This document shows positions 49,029 to 59,278 of a stretch of 64,000 nt of DNA, one piece after another. The stretch comes from Nitrospirota bacterium (GTDB taxonomy: Bacteria > Nitrospirota > UBA9217): the NCBI GenBank assembly GCA_963845065.1, contig CAWJQQ010000009.1, forward strand, positions 384,001 through 448,000, read 5' to 3'. Each line of letters opens with the position of its first letter. Within the stretch, counting starts at the first letter, position 1. The notes under the pieces were generated by a model. It ran no database searches. It was not told where the DNA came from and worked only from the letters and a program-made list of their open reading frames with translations. A program made the translations under genes and the position numbers.

Positions 49029-50303
49029 TTAATGTACAGAGCAGGAAATACAGGGATCGTAGGACCGGACTAACATCTGCGCGAGGAGCTCAATTTTCTG
49101 ATCATCGATCCCTTGTGAAGCGTATTGATTAACAAGAGCGATGAGATCTTGTTGAATGTTGGCATGGTTTTGGCTCGTTGGGATAACACAGTCAGCGGAC
49201 ACAATTTTACCACCGCCATCGAACTCATAACAGTGATAGAGGATTCCCCGTGGCACTTCAACAGCGCCAACCCCAATTCCGCTCTTCGGTGCAAACTGAC
49301 TACGCGGTTCTCGCCACGTTAAGCCTGTAAGTTCATCGATGAGGGCAATGGACTCCTTGACCACGTGCACGCATTCCACCAGCTGAGCAATATTATTCAT
49401 GTAGGGGTTGTGGGTCACCGGCTGGAGGCCGAAGCTTACGGCAACTTCCTGCGCAGCAGGATTAAGGAACTTGAAATTATTGTTGACCCGGGCTAGTGCT
49501 CCCACAGCAAATGACTCGCGCGATAACCGGCTCCATTTTGACGTCGACTGTTCCACCAGGAATTCATTGGTCATTAGCCGGTATTCATGTTCTTTCCGGG
49601 TAACGCCATCCGTGGAAATCAAATCCCCTCCTATGAAAGGATAATTTCCTTCAGCTTTCAGCGAAACAAACTCGGTTTCTCGAATGAAGTCGGGTATTGC
49701 GAATGTCCGGAATAATTCTACGGTTTGCAACAGATCTTCTCCCATATCTTTCAGCCGGGTTCTAAATTGTATGAGGTCCTTTTTATCAGGAAGCATGGTG
49801 AACCCGCCCACGACCGTTCGTGTGGGATGCATTCGCCGCCCGCCTATGCAGTCGCAGACGTCATTTGCCACTTGCTTCATTCGTGCAGCCCTCTGTACCA
49901 CATCGGGATGAGAACCGATCAGCGGGAAAACGCTGCCTGTATTTAAAAAATCGGGGGCCGCCAGGAAGTACAGATGAAGCATATGGCTCTGAAGCGTCTC
50001 CATATGCTTAAGCAGGAGACGCAGTTTATTCGTTTGCTCCGTCGGTATGAAAGCAAAGGCATTTTCTACTGCACGTATACTTGCCAGCGTATGGCCTATG
50101 GAACAGATGCCACAAATTCTGCCGCTGATCCAGGGAGCATTCTCCCAGGACTTTCCAACAAGCATTGCCTCGAAGAACCGGGGAGTTTCTACGATTTCCC
50201 AGCGTGCTTCCTCAAGATTACCATCCCGAATTTTTATCTTAATGTTGCCATGACCTTCGACCCGGGTTATGTGGTGAATATCGATCGTACGGGTTGATTT
50301 CAT
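49029..50303 (-). CDS. hydA: Group 3b [NiFe]-hydrogenase large (alpha) subunit
   Basis: TRVEGHG, L1 RICGICSIGH, EVPRG, L2 DPCISCSVH. Confidence 0.93.
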   Translation of the reverse strand: MKSTRTIDIHHITRVEGHGNIKIKIRDGNLEEARWEIVETPRFFEAMLVGKSWENAPWISGRICGICSIGHTLASIRAVENAFAFIPTEQTNKLRLLLKHMETLQSHMLHLYFLAAPDFLNTGSVFPLIGSHPDVVQRAARMKQVANDVCDCIGGRRMHPTRTVVGGFTMLPDKKDLIQFRTRLKDMGEDLLQTVELFRTFAIPDFIRETEFVSLKAEGNYPFIGGDLISTDGVTRKEHEYRLMTNEFLVEQSTSKWSRLSRESFAVGALARVNNNFKFLNPAAQEVAVSFGLQPVTHNPYMNNIAQLVECVHVVKESIALIDELTGLTWREPRSQFAPKSGIGVGAVEVPRGILYHCYEFDGGGKIVSADCVIPTSQNHANIQQDLIALVNQYASQGIDDQKIELLAQMLVRSYDPCISCSVH

Positions 50304-50399
50304 TATAATGTAAGCCTCATAAAAAAAACTAGCTGTCAAGAATACGAAGAGAAAGTTATAAAATTATCCGTCGGATTCAGTCCATGTCATCGTGTCATG

Positions 50400-51218
50400 T
50401 CATGGTGCATGTGAAAGGATATCTCTCCTGAACGCTTCCGATTGAAGCGCGAATCCTCCAAAGCACTCCAGGCGGTCGAGAATAGTATCATTCGAAAAAC
50501 CATTAATTTTCAATATATTAATCATCTGCTCAATATTAGCGTCCTCAGAGGGCCCTCGGCATCCCCAACAGCCGAACCGATTGTTTGGGCACCATGAGTC
50601 ACAGCCACCGCGCGTTATCGGACCCAGGCAAGGTTCGCCGAGATCAAAGAGACAAGTGTTTTCATTGGCTTTGCATTCCATGCAGACTGGATACTTAGGG
50701 TGTACAATGGATTTGCCCAATACAATGCACGTGACAATTTTTTCTACCTCTTCTTTTTTTACGGGACATCCGAAAATTCTGAGATCTACGGACACAAAAG
50801 CTTCTAGCGGTTTAGCTTCATTGTTCGTTTCGATTGCATTATTTCCGTAAACCTGTTTTTTCACCCACGCTGGGTCTTTGAACCTGTTCTTGAGCTGGTT
50901 CACGCCTCCGAAGCAGGCACAGGAACCGAACGCTACGAGTACTGTGGCAGTGCTCCGGATCTTCTTGAGTCGTTCTACCTCGTCGGTGCGGGTCACACTC
51001 CCTTCTACAAAAGCGATGTTGTAATTATCATGCATTTCAGTCATAGCTTCCCGAAAATTGACAACTTCTACAAGGGACAGGAAATCCAGGAGCGAGGCCT
51101 CATTATTTACAATTTGGAGTTGGCATCCTTCGCAGGAAGACATTTCAAAGAATGCGACTCTCGGCCGCTGCACGGGAACGCCAAGAAACGTCCTTGTCAT
51201 TGATTTCTTTTTTTCCAT
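50400..51218 (-). CDS. hydD: Group 3b hydrogenase small (delta) subunit
   Basis: SCEGCQ, GSCA, GCP, CLGPITRGGC...CWGCRG. Confidence 0.92.
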   Translation of the reverse strand: MEKKKSMTRTFLGVPVQRPRVAFFEMSSCEGCQLQIVNNEASLLDFLSLVEVVNFREAMTEMHDNYNIAFVEGSVTRTDEVERLKKIRSTATVLVAFGSCACFGGVNQLKNRFKDPAWVKKQVYGNNAIETNNEAKPLEAFVSVDLRIFGCPVKKEEVEKIVTCIVLGKSIVHPKYPVCMECKANENTCLFDLGEPCLGPITRGGCDSWCPNNRFGCWGCRGPSEDANIEQMINILKINGFSNDTILDRLECFGGFALQSEAFRRDILSHAP

Positions 51219-52120
51219 CAGATTGCCTCTTTCAAGTTCATCACGGTCCAATAGTCAAAGACTGGTCCTTTAAGACATGTATATGTGGAGCCGACATTGC
51301 ATCGACAGCATTTACCCATGCCACAATGCATGCGGCGTTCGAGCGATACAAACATTTTCTGCATGGGCATACCATCTTCGGAAAGCATGGCGCAGACGAA
51401 TTTGAACATGACCGGTGGGCCGCATACTACGGCGAAGGTGTTGTCGATGAAAGAGTCATCTCGGCTCTCGATGATTTCTTTCAGTACTTTTGTGATGAGG
51501 CCAACAGGGCCGGTCCAGTTCGGATCAGCTTCCTCCATGATAATGTGGAGATTGATGTCGTCCTTTTTCCATATGTCGTACTGATACTTAAACAGGAGCC
51601 GGGACGGGTCTTTCGTGCCGTAAACGATGTCGACGAGTTCGAACTTGCTCCGGTGTTCCTGTACATGCGCGATAGGAGCACGGAGAGGGGCGAGGCCCAA
51701 GCCTCCGGCAATGAGCAGGACATGACCGCCGTGCATCTGTTCCATCGGGAAGCTTGTACCGAAGGGGCCGCGAATGCCTATATGCATGCCGCGTTCGGCG
51801 CGGGCGAGAAACCTGGTGAGATTACCTGCGGTGCGGATGCAGAGCTCGATATCCTCGTGATTGCTCGGTGAAGAGGATATCGAAAAAGGGGCTTCTCCTA
51901 CGCCAGGTGATTCTAGCATGATAAACTGGCCAGGCCGGAAGGTAAAGTGCTTACGGTCTTCGTTGTCTATGATTCGTATCCGATATAGGTTCTCGAGGTC
52001 AGTAAGCCGGTAGATACTTGTTATTTCGGCCTTGTAAGTATATTCAAAGCTGCCTAGGTCAGTCTTGCGTTGCCATCTCCGGGCAGGGATCACTTCATGG
52101 AACGGACGTCGATGATCCAT
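51218..52120 (-). CDS. hydG: Group 3b hydrogenase gamma subunit (FAD/NAD(P), 2Fe-2S)
   Basis: PGQF, PFSISS, AGGLGLAP, CGPP, MHCGMGKCCRC. Confidence 0.92.
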   Translation of the reverse strand: MDHRRPFHEVIPARRWQRKTDLGSFEYTYKAEITSIYRLTDLENLYRIRIIDNEDRKHFTFRPGQFIMLESPGVGEAPFSISSSPSNHEDIELCIRTAGNLTRFLARAERGMHIGIRGPFGTSFPMEQMHGGHVLLIAGGLGLAPLRAPIAHVQEHRSKFELVDIVYGTKDPSRLLFKYQYDIWKKDDINLHIIMEEADPNWTGPVGLITKVLKEIIESRDDSFIDNTFAVVCGPPVMFKFVCAMLSEDGMPMQKMFVSLERRMHCGMGKCCRCNVGSTYTCLKGPVFDYWTVMNLKEAI

Positions 52121-52121
52121 T

Positions 52122-53165
52122 TTATTTATCCTCTCCTCGTACACTGGCAATGACTTCAGGGACCGTGATGCCGGCCAAGCAAGCCTCACCGCACCGTCCG
52201 CAGCCCACACAGAGCGATTCCTCAAAGGCTTCTACAAACCCGCGATGCTTATGGTAGTACCGATATTTGAGCCGAGTTGATCGGTCGGTCCGAAAATTGT
52301 GGCCACCGGCGACCTCAGCGAAATCGATGAGGTTGCAGGAATAGAGCATTTTTTTCTTTTGGGCCGCTTTGAGATTGACATTAACAGTTTCTTCGACTCC
52401 ATAACAGTAACAGGTCGGACAAACGTTTGCGCAGGTTCCGCAGGCAAGGCATTTGTCTCCCCATTGTTTCCAAACCGGTGATTGAAACTCCATATCAAGT
52501 ATCTTGGCAAGGTCGGAGGTATCAACATGGGCCGTAAACAGCTTATTCCTCTCCGCGACCGCCTTCATATATAGGACATGGTCTTGTTCTTCCGGTTCAA
52601 AGGTCTTTACAGTTTTTAGAAAGTTATATGCCGTTGCTGTTAGGATCTCCACGAAATAGCGGTCACCTATATCGGTGAGGAACAAGTCAAAGCCATGAGT
52701 CACGCTGTCGGCCCCCACGGAACGACAGAAACAGAACGGCTGAGGTAGGCAGTCGATGCCAATGATGAGTATGTTATTTCGTTTGGCGGCATAGTAAGGC
52801 ATGGGATAAATGCTGCCCATGAGGACCTTGTCAAGTTTGTTAAGTGCATTGATGTCGCAGGCATGGAGACCGAAAAAAACATAAGGCCCGTCACTGTTGT
52901 AACTGATGTGCTTTTGCCAGTCGTCTCCTTCAAACGTGAATGAAGCGAGGTCTTCCCGGTAGGGGAGAAAATACCGTTTTGCTGGCAGTTTCGTCATAGT
53001 ATAATCAAGACGGAGCTTTTCGAAATCAGTAACCTGTTCGAAGGCAAAAAGGGTGTGGCCGTTCCGGTCAGTCCCTGATTCGATTGGCCCAACAGTGGTA
53101 TTTTCGAGTACTATCTGGTTAAATGCTGCTTCAAGCTCATCTTTATGCAACACTCTGAATATCAT
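52122..53165 (-). CDS. hydB: Group 3b hydrogenase beta subunit (AsrA-like 4Fe-4S)
   Basis: CLACGTCANVCPTCYC, CVGCGRC..AC. Confidence 0.92.
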   Translation of the reverse strand: MIFRVLHKDELEAAFNQIVLENTTVGPIESGTDRNGHTLFAFEQVTDFEKLRLDYTMTKLPAKRYFLPYREDLASFTFEGDDWQKHISYNSDGPYVFFGLHACDINALNKLDKVLMGSIYPMPYYAAKRNNILIIGIDCLPQPFCFCRSVGADSVTHGFDLFLTDIGDRYFVEILTATAYNFLKTVKTFEPEEQDHVLYMKAVAERNKLFTAHVDTSDLAKILDMEFQSPVWKQWGDKCLACGTCANVCPTCYCYGVEETVNVNLKAAQKKKMLYSCNLIDFAEVAGGHNFRTDRSTRLKYRYYHKHRGFVEAFEESLCVGCGRCGEACLAGITVPEVIASVRGEDK

Positions 53166-53454
53166 GGGGCACCATATATTTCTTTATTATACTCAATAAT
53201 ATAGCGCGTAGAGATATAATTTACCATACGTTAAATTATAACATAGAAGTCGAAGAATATTAAGAAAGGATTTGAACGTTTTGAGATTGATTGTTTCATC
53301 TTAATTGGCATGGAGGAGATTCCTTCTTCAGATTATTCTGCTTAAACCAATATGATTGACTAGCTAAGTACCTGAACCTGATTTCCTGTTGCAAAACGGG
53401 TAGGTAGTGACGTATAATATGAAATTACGTCATTGATGTTTTTGGGAGGTTGTT

Positions 53455-53763
53455 ATGATGGATACGACAAACTGGAAGGTTACCGTGGCTCCGACCTGTC
53501 CACATTGCAAGACGGAAATGGAGCAAATGGACTCACGCTACCTGGATTGGGAATCACCCTATCTTTGGGTCTGTTTCAATAATGGTTGTACACTGTTCAA
53601 AAAAGGCTGGAATCACATGATGGACAGCTATGGTCAACTCGTTTCTTATCGTTTTATGATCCATCCACAAAACGGTGAGCCCGGAATCATCCCCGCCTTC
53701 AGCCAACAGTATCTGCAGGAGAATAGTAAATCCGCGAACCCCAGCTTCGACAAAGATGAATAG
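53455..53763 (+). CDS. Small zinc-ribbon hypothetical protein
   Basis: CPHC...CFNNGC; GGAGG RBS; followed by a terminator. Confidence 0.7.
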   Translation: MMDTTNWKVTVAPTCPHCKTEMEQMDSRYLDWESPYLWVCFNNGCTLFKKGWNHMMDSYGQLVSYRFMIHPQNGEPGIIPAFSQQYLQENSKSANPSFDKDE

Positions 53764-53783
53764 ACTCGACGCCTGTGAAAACG

Positions 53784-53825
53784 AAAGGAGCCGGGAACTG
53801 AAATCGTTCCCGGCTCCTTTTTTTT
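53784..53825. terminator. Intrinsic terminator between convergent genes
   Basis: AAAGGAGCCGGGAAC...GTTCCCGGCTCCTTT followed by a T tract. Confidence 0.88.
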
Positions 53826-53865
53826 CTGGGCATTCAGAGCGATGATCGCTTCCTGCTTGTTGGCA

Positions 53866-56571
53866 TCAGGCTTTCGATGCAACAGCGGAAAGTTCGTTTT
53901 GTATTTTCACCGCTTCAATTTTTACGGCGCAGACCTTGAACTCGGGGATCTTTACTACTGGGTCGAGCGCATCATTAGTGAGCACGTTGGCTGCGGCTTC
54001 ACGATAGTGCATGGGTATGAACACGACACCTTGAGGAATGCGACGCGTTACCATTGCCTTGATCTCGATTTCTCCCCGTTGTGAACTCACCATGACCATA
54101 GCCCCGTTCTGGATGCCGAGCTCTTCGCTGTCAGCGGGATTGATTTCAACGTATGCCTCGCCTGCATGTTGCTCGATAGCCCCAACTCTCCGCGTCATGG
54201 AGCCGGAATGGTACTGGAAAAGATTCCTTCCCGTTGTGAGGAGGAAGGGATATTTTTTATCAGTGACTTCTGCAGGAGGACTGAAAGGAGTGACCGCGAA
54301 GGGCACTTTCCCCTTGGCGAACCCGTCCTTGTACAGATATTCGGTGCCTGGGTGGTCCTTTGTGGGGCAGGGCCAGGCAAGTCCGTTCTTCTCGATCCTA
54401 TCGTAGGTGATTCCTCCCATTGCCGGCCAGAGCTTGCCGAACTCCTCTAAAACTTTCTCGGGCGTAAGATTCTCCATGGGATAGCCCAGTGCACCGGAAA
54501 GAGTGGCGATAATGGTCAAGTCATCCTTCACAAGCCCGGGCGGATTGACGACCTTCCTGACGCGCTGTACCTTGCGCTCGGTATTGGAAAAGGTGCCGTC
54601 CTTTTCAAAGGAGCACGTCGCGGGCAGGACTACATCTGCCAATTGGGCAGTCTCGGTCATGAAAATGTCCTGGACCACGAGAAAATCGAGCGAATCGAGC
54701 GATTTGATCGTGTGGTGCATGTTGGCGTCGGTGATGATAGGGTTCTCCCCCATGATGTACAGGGCTTTAAGCTTCCCGCTTACTGCCGCATCCATCATTT
54801 CAGTGGCAGTGAGCCCTGTCTTCGACGATAGGGCAACTCCCCAGGCCTGCTCGAATTTCTGTCTGATTTCTGGCGAGTCGAGTTTCTGGTATCCAGGAAA
54901 GACGTTCGGGAGGCACGCAGCATCCGATGCGCCCTGGACGTTGTTCTGTCCTCGAAGTGGATTGACGCCGGTGGATTCCCTCCCGACGTTACCTGTTAAC
55001 GTTGCCAGGTTCGCGACGGCCTTCACATTATCCGTACCGCAAATATGCTGGGTGATGCCCATCGTGTAAAACAGTCCTGCGCGGCGGGACTTGCCGTAAA
55101 GCCTGGCCGCCTTGATGATGAGGTCATTCGGCACGCCTGTAATCCGCTCAACTTTCTCGGGCGTGAACTCCTTCAACGACTGTTTCCACTGTTCGAAGCC
55201 TTCGGTTTTATCGCGGATGAAATCATCATTCTGAAGCCCTTCGCTCACGATCACTTGTGCAATCCCGTTAAGAAGCGCGATATCGGTGCCCGGCTGGAGT
55301 TTGAGATGCAGCTCAGCAAACTTCACCATGGGGACCTGGCGCGGATCAGCTACGATGATCTTTGCACCCTTGCGGTACGCCTTGATCATCCTATTCGCGA
55401 TGACGGGATGCGACACCTTGGTGTTGGAGCCGATGATGAAGATGACCTCCATGCCTTCGATCTCGCGGATCGAATTGGTCATTGCCCCGGAACCGTATAT
55501 GGCGGCCAGCCCGGCCACCGTCGGAGAGTGTCAGAGACGGGCGCAGTGGTCGACGTTGTTGGTGCCGACCCCCGCGCGTATGAGTTTTTGGAAAGCGTAG
55601 TTTTCTTCGTTCGTACAGCGGGCCGAGGACAAGCCACCGATGGCGTCAGCGCCGTTTTTTTCCTTGATAGACCTGAGCCGCCCAGCGGTAAAGGCAATCG
55701 CCTCATCCCAAGTGGCTTCTTCGAATTCGCCATTTCGCTTGATGAGGGGTTTCGTCAGGCGGTCCTCACTGTTGACGAATTTATATCCGAACCGGCCCTT
55801 GACACAGAGCCAGCCTTCGTTCCATGTGTCCGGCTTCGAGGTGATGCGGATGATCTCGTTGTCTTTCACATGGGCAGTTATATTGCAGCCTGTCCCGCAG
55901 TAGGCACAGACCGTGTCAACTTTTTTAACTTCCTGGTACCGTCCCTTGCGCGCCCATTGCTTGCCGGTCAGAGCACCGGTGGGACAGACGGAAACGCACT
56001 GGCCGCAGAATTCGCAGTTGAGGTCTTCTTCATAGTTCGTGCAGATCTTGGACTTGAAACCGCGATAGCCAAAATCGATCGCCTCCACACCCTGGACCTC
56101 GTTGCACACCTTTACGCACCTGCCGCAGAGGATGCACTTTTCGAGGTCGCGCTCAATGAAGGCGTTGCCGTCCCGCTTTCGATAGATCCTTCTTTCACCG
56201 GGGTATTCGACGCCTTGCACATTGTAGGTGTATGCAAGTTCTTGCAGGGCGCAGTCGCCCGTGGCCTCGCAAACCATGCAGTTGTTGGGATGATCGGAGA
56301 TGATCAGTTCGAGGACGAGTTTTCGCATGTCCTCGATCTGGGTTGTCGACGTAGTAACCTCCATGCCGTCCGTGACGGGCGTCGTGCAGGAGGCCACGGG
56401 GCGGGGGATACCTTTGACCTCAACGATACAGAGCCGGCACCCGCCGGAAGGGGTGAGCTTGGGATGGTTGCAGAGCGTCGGTATGTAAATATTGTGTTTT
56501 CTGGCCGCATCCAGGATCGTCGTATTGTCCGGTACGGTAATTTCTCGATTATTGATGGTTATCCGGGGCAT
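53866..56571 (-). CDS. fdhF: Selenocysteine-containing formate dehydrogenase alpha subunit (901 aa)
   Basis: ORFs 55531-56604 and 53866-55518 join in frame through TGA at 55531-55533 in DHCARL-U-HSPTVAGL. NuoG-like N-terminal Fe-S domains; LRGQNNVQG. Confidence 0.95.
55501..55533 (-). promoter_or_regulatory. UGA(Sec) codon and bacterial SECIS hairpin
   Basis: UGA, 11 nt, then GGUGGCC-GGGCU-GGCCGCC stem-loop. Confidence 0.82.
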
Positions 56572-56573
56572 GG

Positions 56574-58352
56574 TTAATCCCTTTCTACTGAATTGAACTT
56601 GCAAACGTCAAAACATGACCCGCACTTGATGCACTTACTCTGATCGATCTTGTGGGGAACCTTTTTTGCACCTGTAATAGCACCAGAGGGGCATGCTCGC
56701 AAACAGGTGCCACAAGCCTTGCACATCTCCTGATTGATGGTATAAGTGAGCAGGTTCTTGCAGACCTTTGCCGGACACTTCTTGTCCCTGATATGGGTTT
56801 CGAATTCCTCGCGGAAATATTTTATCGAGCTGAGTATAGGATTGGGCGCGGTCTGGCCGAGGCCGCAGAGCGCCGTGGTTTTTATGCCGGCAGAAAGCTT
56901 TTCGAGCCGTTCTAGGTCATTGCTCCTGCCGTGGCCGCTAGTGATTCGCTCGAGGGTCTCCAGCAGTCTTTTGGTCCCGACCCGGCAGGGAACGCACTTG
57001 CCGCAGGACTCCGCCTGGGTGAACTGGGTAAAATATTTCGCCATGCTCACCATGCAGTCGTCCTCGTCGAGAACGATCATCCCGCCCGAGCCAACGATGG
57101 AACCGACCTTTGCGAGGGACTCGTAATCCACGCTCAGATCCAGCATGCTGGCGGGTATGCAGCCTCCTGAGGGACCGCCGGTCTGAACAGCCTTCAAGGG
57201 TTTCCCGCTTTCGATGCCTCCGCCAATTTCCTCAATAATCTCCCCGAGCGTGATGCCCATCGGCACCTCGATGAGACCGGGGTTCTTGATCTTGCCGGTG
57301 AGCGCGAAGACCTTGGTGCCCTTTGATTTCTCGGTGCCATACGAGGCATACCAAAACCAGCCGCGCCGGATGATGTAAGGAATGTTGGCTAGGGTCTCAA
57401 CGTTGTTGATGATCGTTGGCAACTGCCAGAGCCCCCGATTAGCTGGAAAGGGCGGTTTGGCACGCGGCGTGCCCCGCTGACCTTCGATGGACGCGATGAG
57501 TGCTGTTTCTTCGCCGCAGACAAAGGCCCCCGCGCCGAGCTTGATCTTAATCTCAAAATGAAAAGTGGAACCGAAAATGTTGCTACCGAGATAGCCCCTC
57601 TCGGTAGCCTGGGCTAAGGCGCGCTTTAAGCGTTCAACGGCAAGGGGATATTCGGCCCTGATATAAACATAGCCGTGGTTTGCACCAAGTGCGTAGGCGC
57701 CGATGATCATGCCTTCGATAACGGTGTGTGGATTGCCTTCGATGACGGCCCGGTCCATGAACGCGCCTGGGTCGCCCTCATCGGCGTTGCAGACGATGTA
57801 CTTGGTTGTGCCGGGCGCTTTTCTCCCCAGTTCCCACTTAAGCCCTGTAGGGAACCCCGCCCCGCCGCGTCCGCGCAGACCTGACTGTTTTATTTCCTCG
57901 ATAACTTCTTCGGGTTTCCACGTCTGGAGCACGTCACGTGCGGCCTCATACCCGCCGATTGCAAGATATGCCTCTATTTCTTCGGGATCGATCCGGCCGC
58001 AATCCGAGAGCACGACCTTGATCTGCTTTTTATAAAATGCATCATAGGCCCCGTCAACGAGCCATTCCTTGACCGGTACCCCGCCGGCGATGTGTTCTTC
58101 GACGATCCGCGGGACCATTTCTGGCTTGACGTATTGGTACACGATCTTCGTCCCCGCCCGGTGAACTTCCACAAGGACGTCGCGGGCGCACAACCCGAGG
58201 CAGCCCACCTGATGGGACGCACAATTTTCTTTCAGCGCGACCTGTGCTTTAGTATGTGAAAGAGCATTCTGGAACGCTTCGAGGACTTGTTTGCCGTTTG
58301 CAGCGATTCCGGCAGGTCCCATGCAGACTCGTATGACGGTTTCGTTTTCCAC
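56574..58352 (-). CDS. HydB/NuoF-like NADH/FMN-binding subunit with C-terminal 2[4Fe-4S]
   Basis: GRGGAGFP, NADEGDPGAFMDR, GGPSGG, CGKCVPC, two terminal ferredoxin motifs; GTG start. Confidence 0.93.
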   Translation of the reverse strand: MENETVIRVCMGPAGIAANGKQVLEAFQNALSHTKAQVALKENCASHQVGCLGLCARDVLVEVHRAGTKIVYQYVKPEMVPRIVEEHIAGGVPVKEWLVDGAYDAFYKKQIKVVLSDCGRIDPEEIEAYLAIGGYEAARDVLQTWKPEEVIEEIKQSGLRGRGGAGFPTGLKWELGRKAPGTTKYIVCNADEGDPGAFMDRAVIEGNPHTVIEGMIIGAYALGANHGYVYIRAEYPLAVERLKRALAQATERGYLGSNIFGSTFHFEIKIKLGAGAFVCGEETALIASIEGQRGTPRAKPPFPANRGLWQLPTIINNVETLANIPYIIRRGWFWYASYGTEKSKGTKVFALTGKIKNPGLIEVPMGITLGEIIEEIGGGIESGKPLKAVQTGGPSGGCIPASMLDLSVDYESLAKVGSIVGSGGMIVLDEDDCMVSMAKYFTQFTQAESCGKCVPCRVGTKRLLETLERITSGHGRSNDLERLEKLSAGIKTTALCGLGQTAPNPILSSIKYFREEFETHIRDKKCPAKVCKNLLTYTINQEMCKACGTCLRACPSGAITGAKKVPHKIDQSKCIKCGSCFDVCKFNSVERD

Positions 58353-58846
58353 TATTTTTTCCTTATCGCTTTAATTTCTTTGACGATGGGGTCGGCGGTC
58401 GTTTTCCCAAATACCTTGCCGTTGATCAGTACGACGGGGGCAAAACTGCAGAAACCCAGACAGGCGACTTTTTCAACGGTGAATTCTCGATCCTGCGTGG
58501 TGTCCTCTTCTTCTGAAAGCTTCAGTTCTCGCTTTAAGTTGTTCAAAATTCTTTCGGCACCGCGAACATGGCATGCTGTACCGCAGCAGGCCGTAATTTT
58601 ATTCTTGCCGGTTGGGGTCAGGCGAAACTGCGAGTAGAAAGTTGCAACGCCGTAGAATCGGCTCGGCGCGATGTCTAGAGTCTCGGAAAAATAATCCACC
58701 GCTTCACGGGGAATGTAACCCAGAGCGTCTTGGGTTTCCTGAAGTAGGGAAATGACGTTACCACCATTATTCCGGTAGTTATTGATGATTCGGTTTAAAG
58801 TATTAGTCATATCTGTCGTAGTGTCCATTTCGAGGATTTTGTTCAT
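58352..58846 (-). CDS. HydC/NuoE-like 2Fe-2S subunit
   Basis: VATFYSQF, CCGTACHVRG, ACLGFCSFAP. Confidence 0.93.
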   Translation of the reverse strand: MNKILEMDTTTDMTNTLNRIINNYRNNGGNVISLLQETQDALGYIPREAVDYFSETLDIAPSRFYGVATFYSQFRLTPTGKNKITACCGTACHVRGAERILNNLKRELKLSEEEDTTQDREFTVEKVACLGFCSFAPVVLINGKVFGKTTADPIVKEIKAIRKK

Positions 58847-59278
58847 TAGTTTTTGATTTGGGTTGATAATGCGAAATAAGAAAAACTCATAACATCATGT
58901 CATATTATCATGGTAGGAATTTTCTTGCAAGAAAAAAAACTAAATTCGTATTGTTTCGCCTCCAGACAACTTTGAGGGAAGTCTTCAGGAAATTTCAATT
59001 GATACGGAAGTTCAACGTTTACAAAAGCACGAAATCAGTAATTCATATTCTGACCGAAAGATTCCTGTCAAATATGGAGCGTAGTATACGACACTATATA
59101 CTATATATAGAATGACTCCGGGCTAACTGTCGTCGAATCCTTATTCAAGTAAGCCGCTCCGCGGCAGAAGAGCAAAGCATCCATCCTGCGTCCATCCCAC
59201 CTTGTCTGATATTTCCTGAATAATCTCCGTGTTACCATACATCTCCAATGCAGTTCAATCTTGTAGCACAAGGAGAGT

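Noticed and set aside
55519..55533. Apparent nonsense mutation splitting the FDH gene
   Set aside because: The UGA is in frame at the conserved Sec/Cys ligand position and has a SECIS-like hairpin.
55045..56577. 510-aa plus-strand ORF and other long antisense ORFs (for example 7468-8418, 31928-32656)
   Set aside because: They are shadow frames of well-supported genes and contain no motifs.
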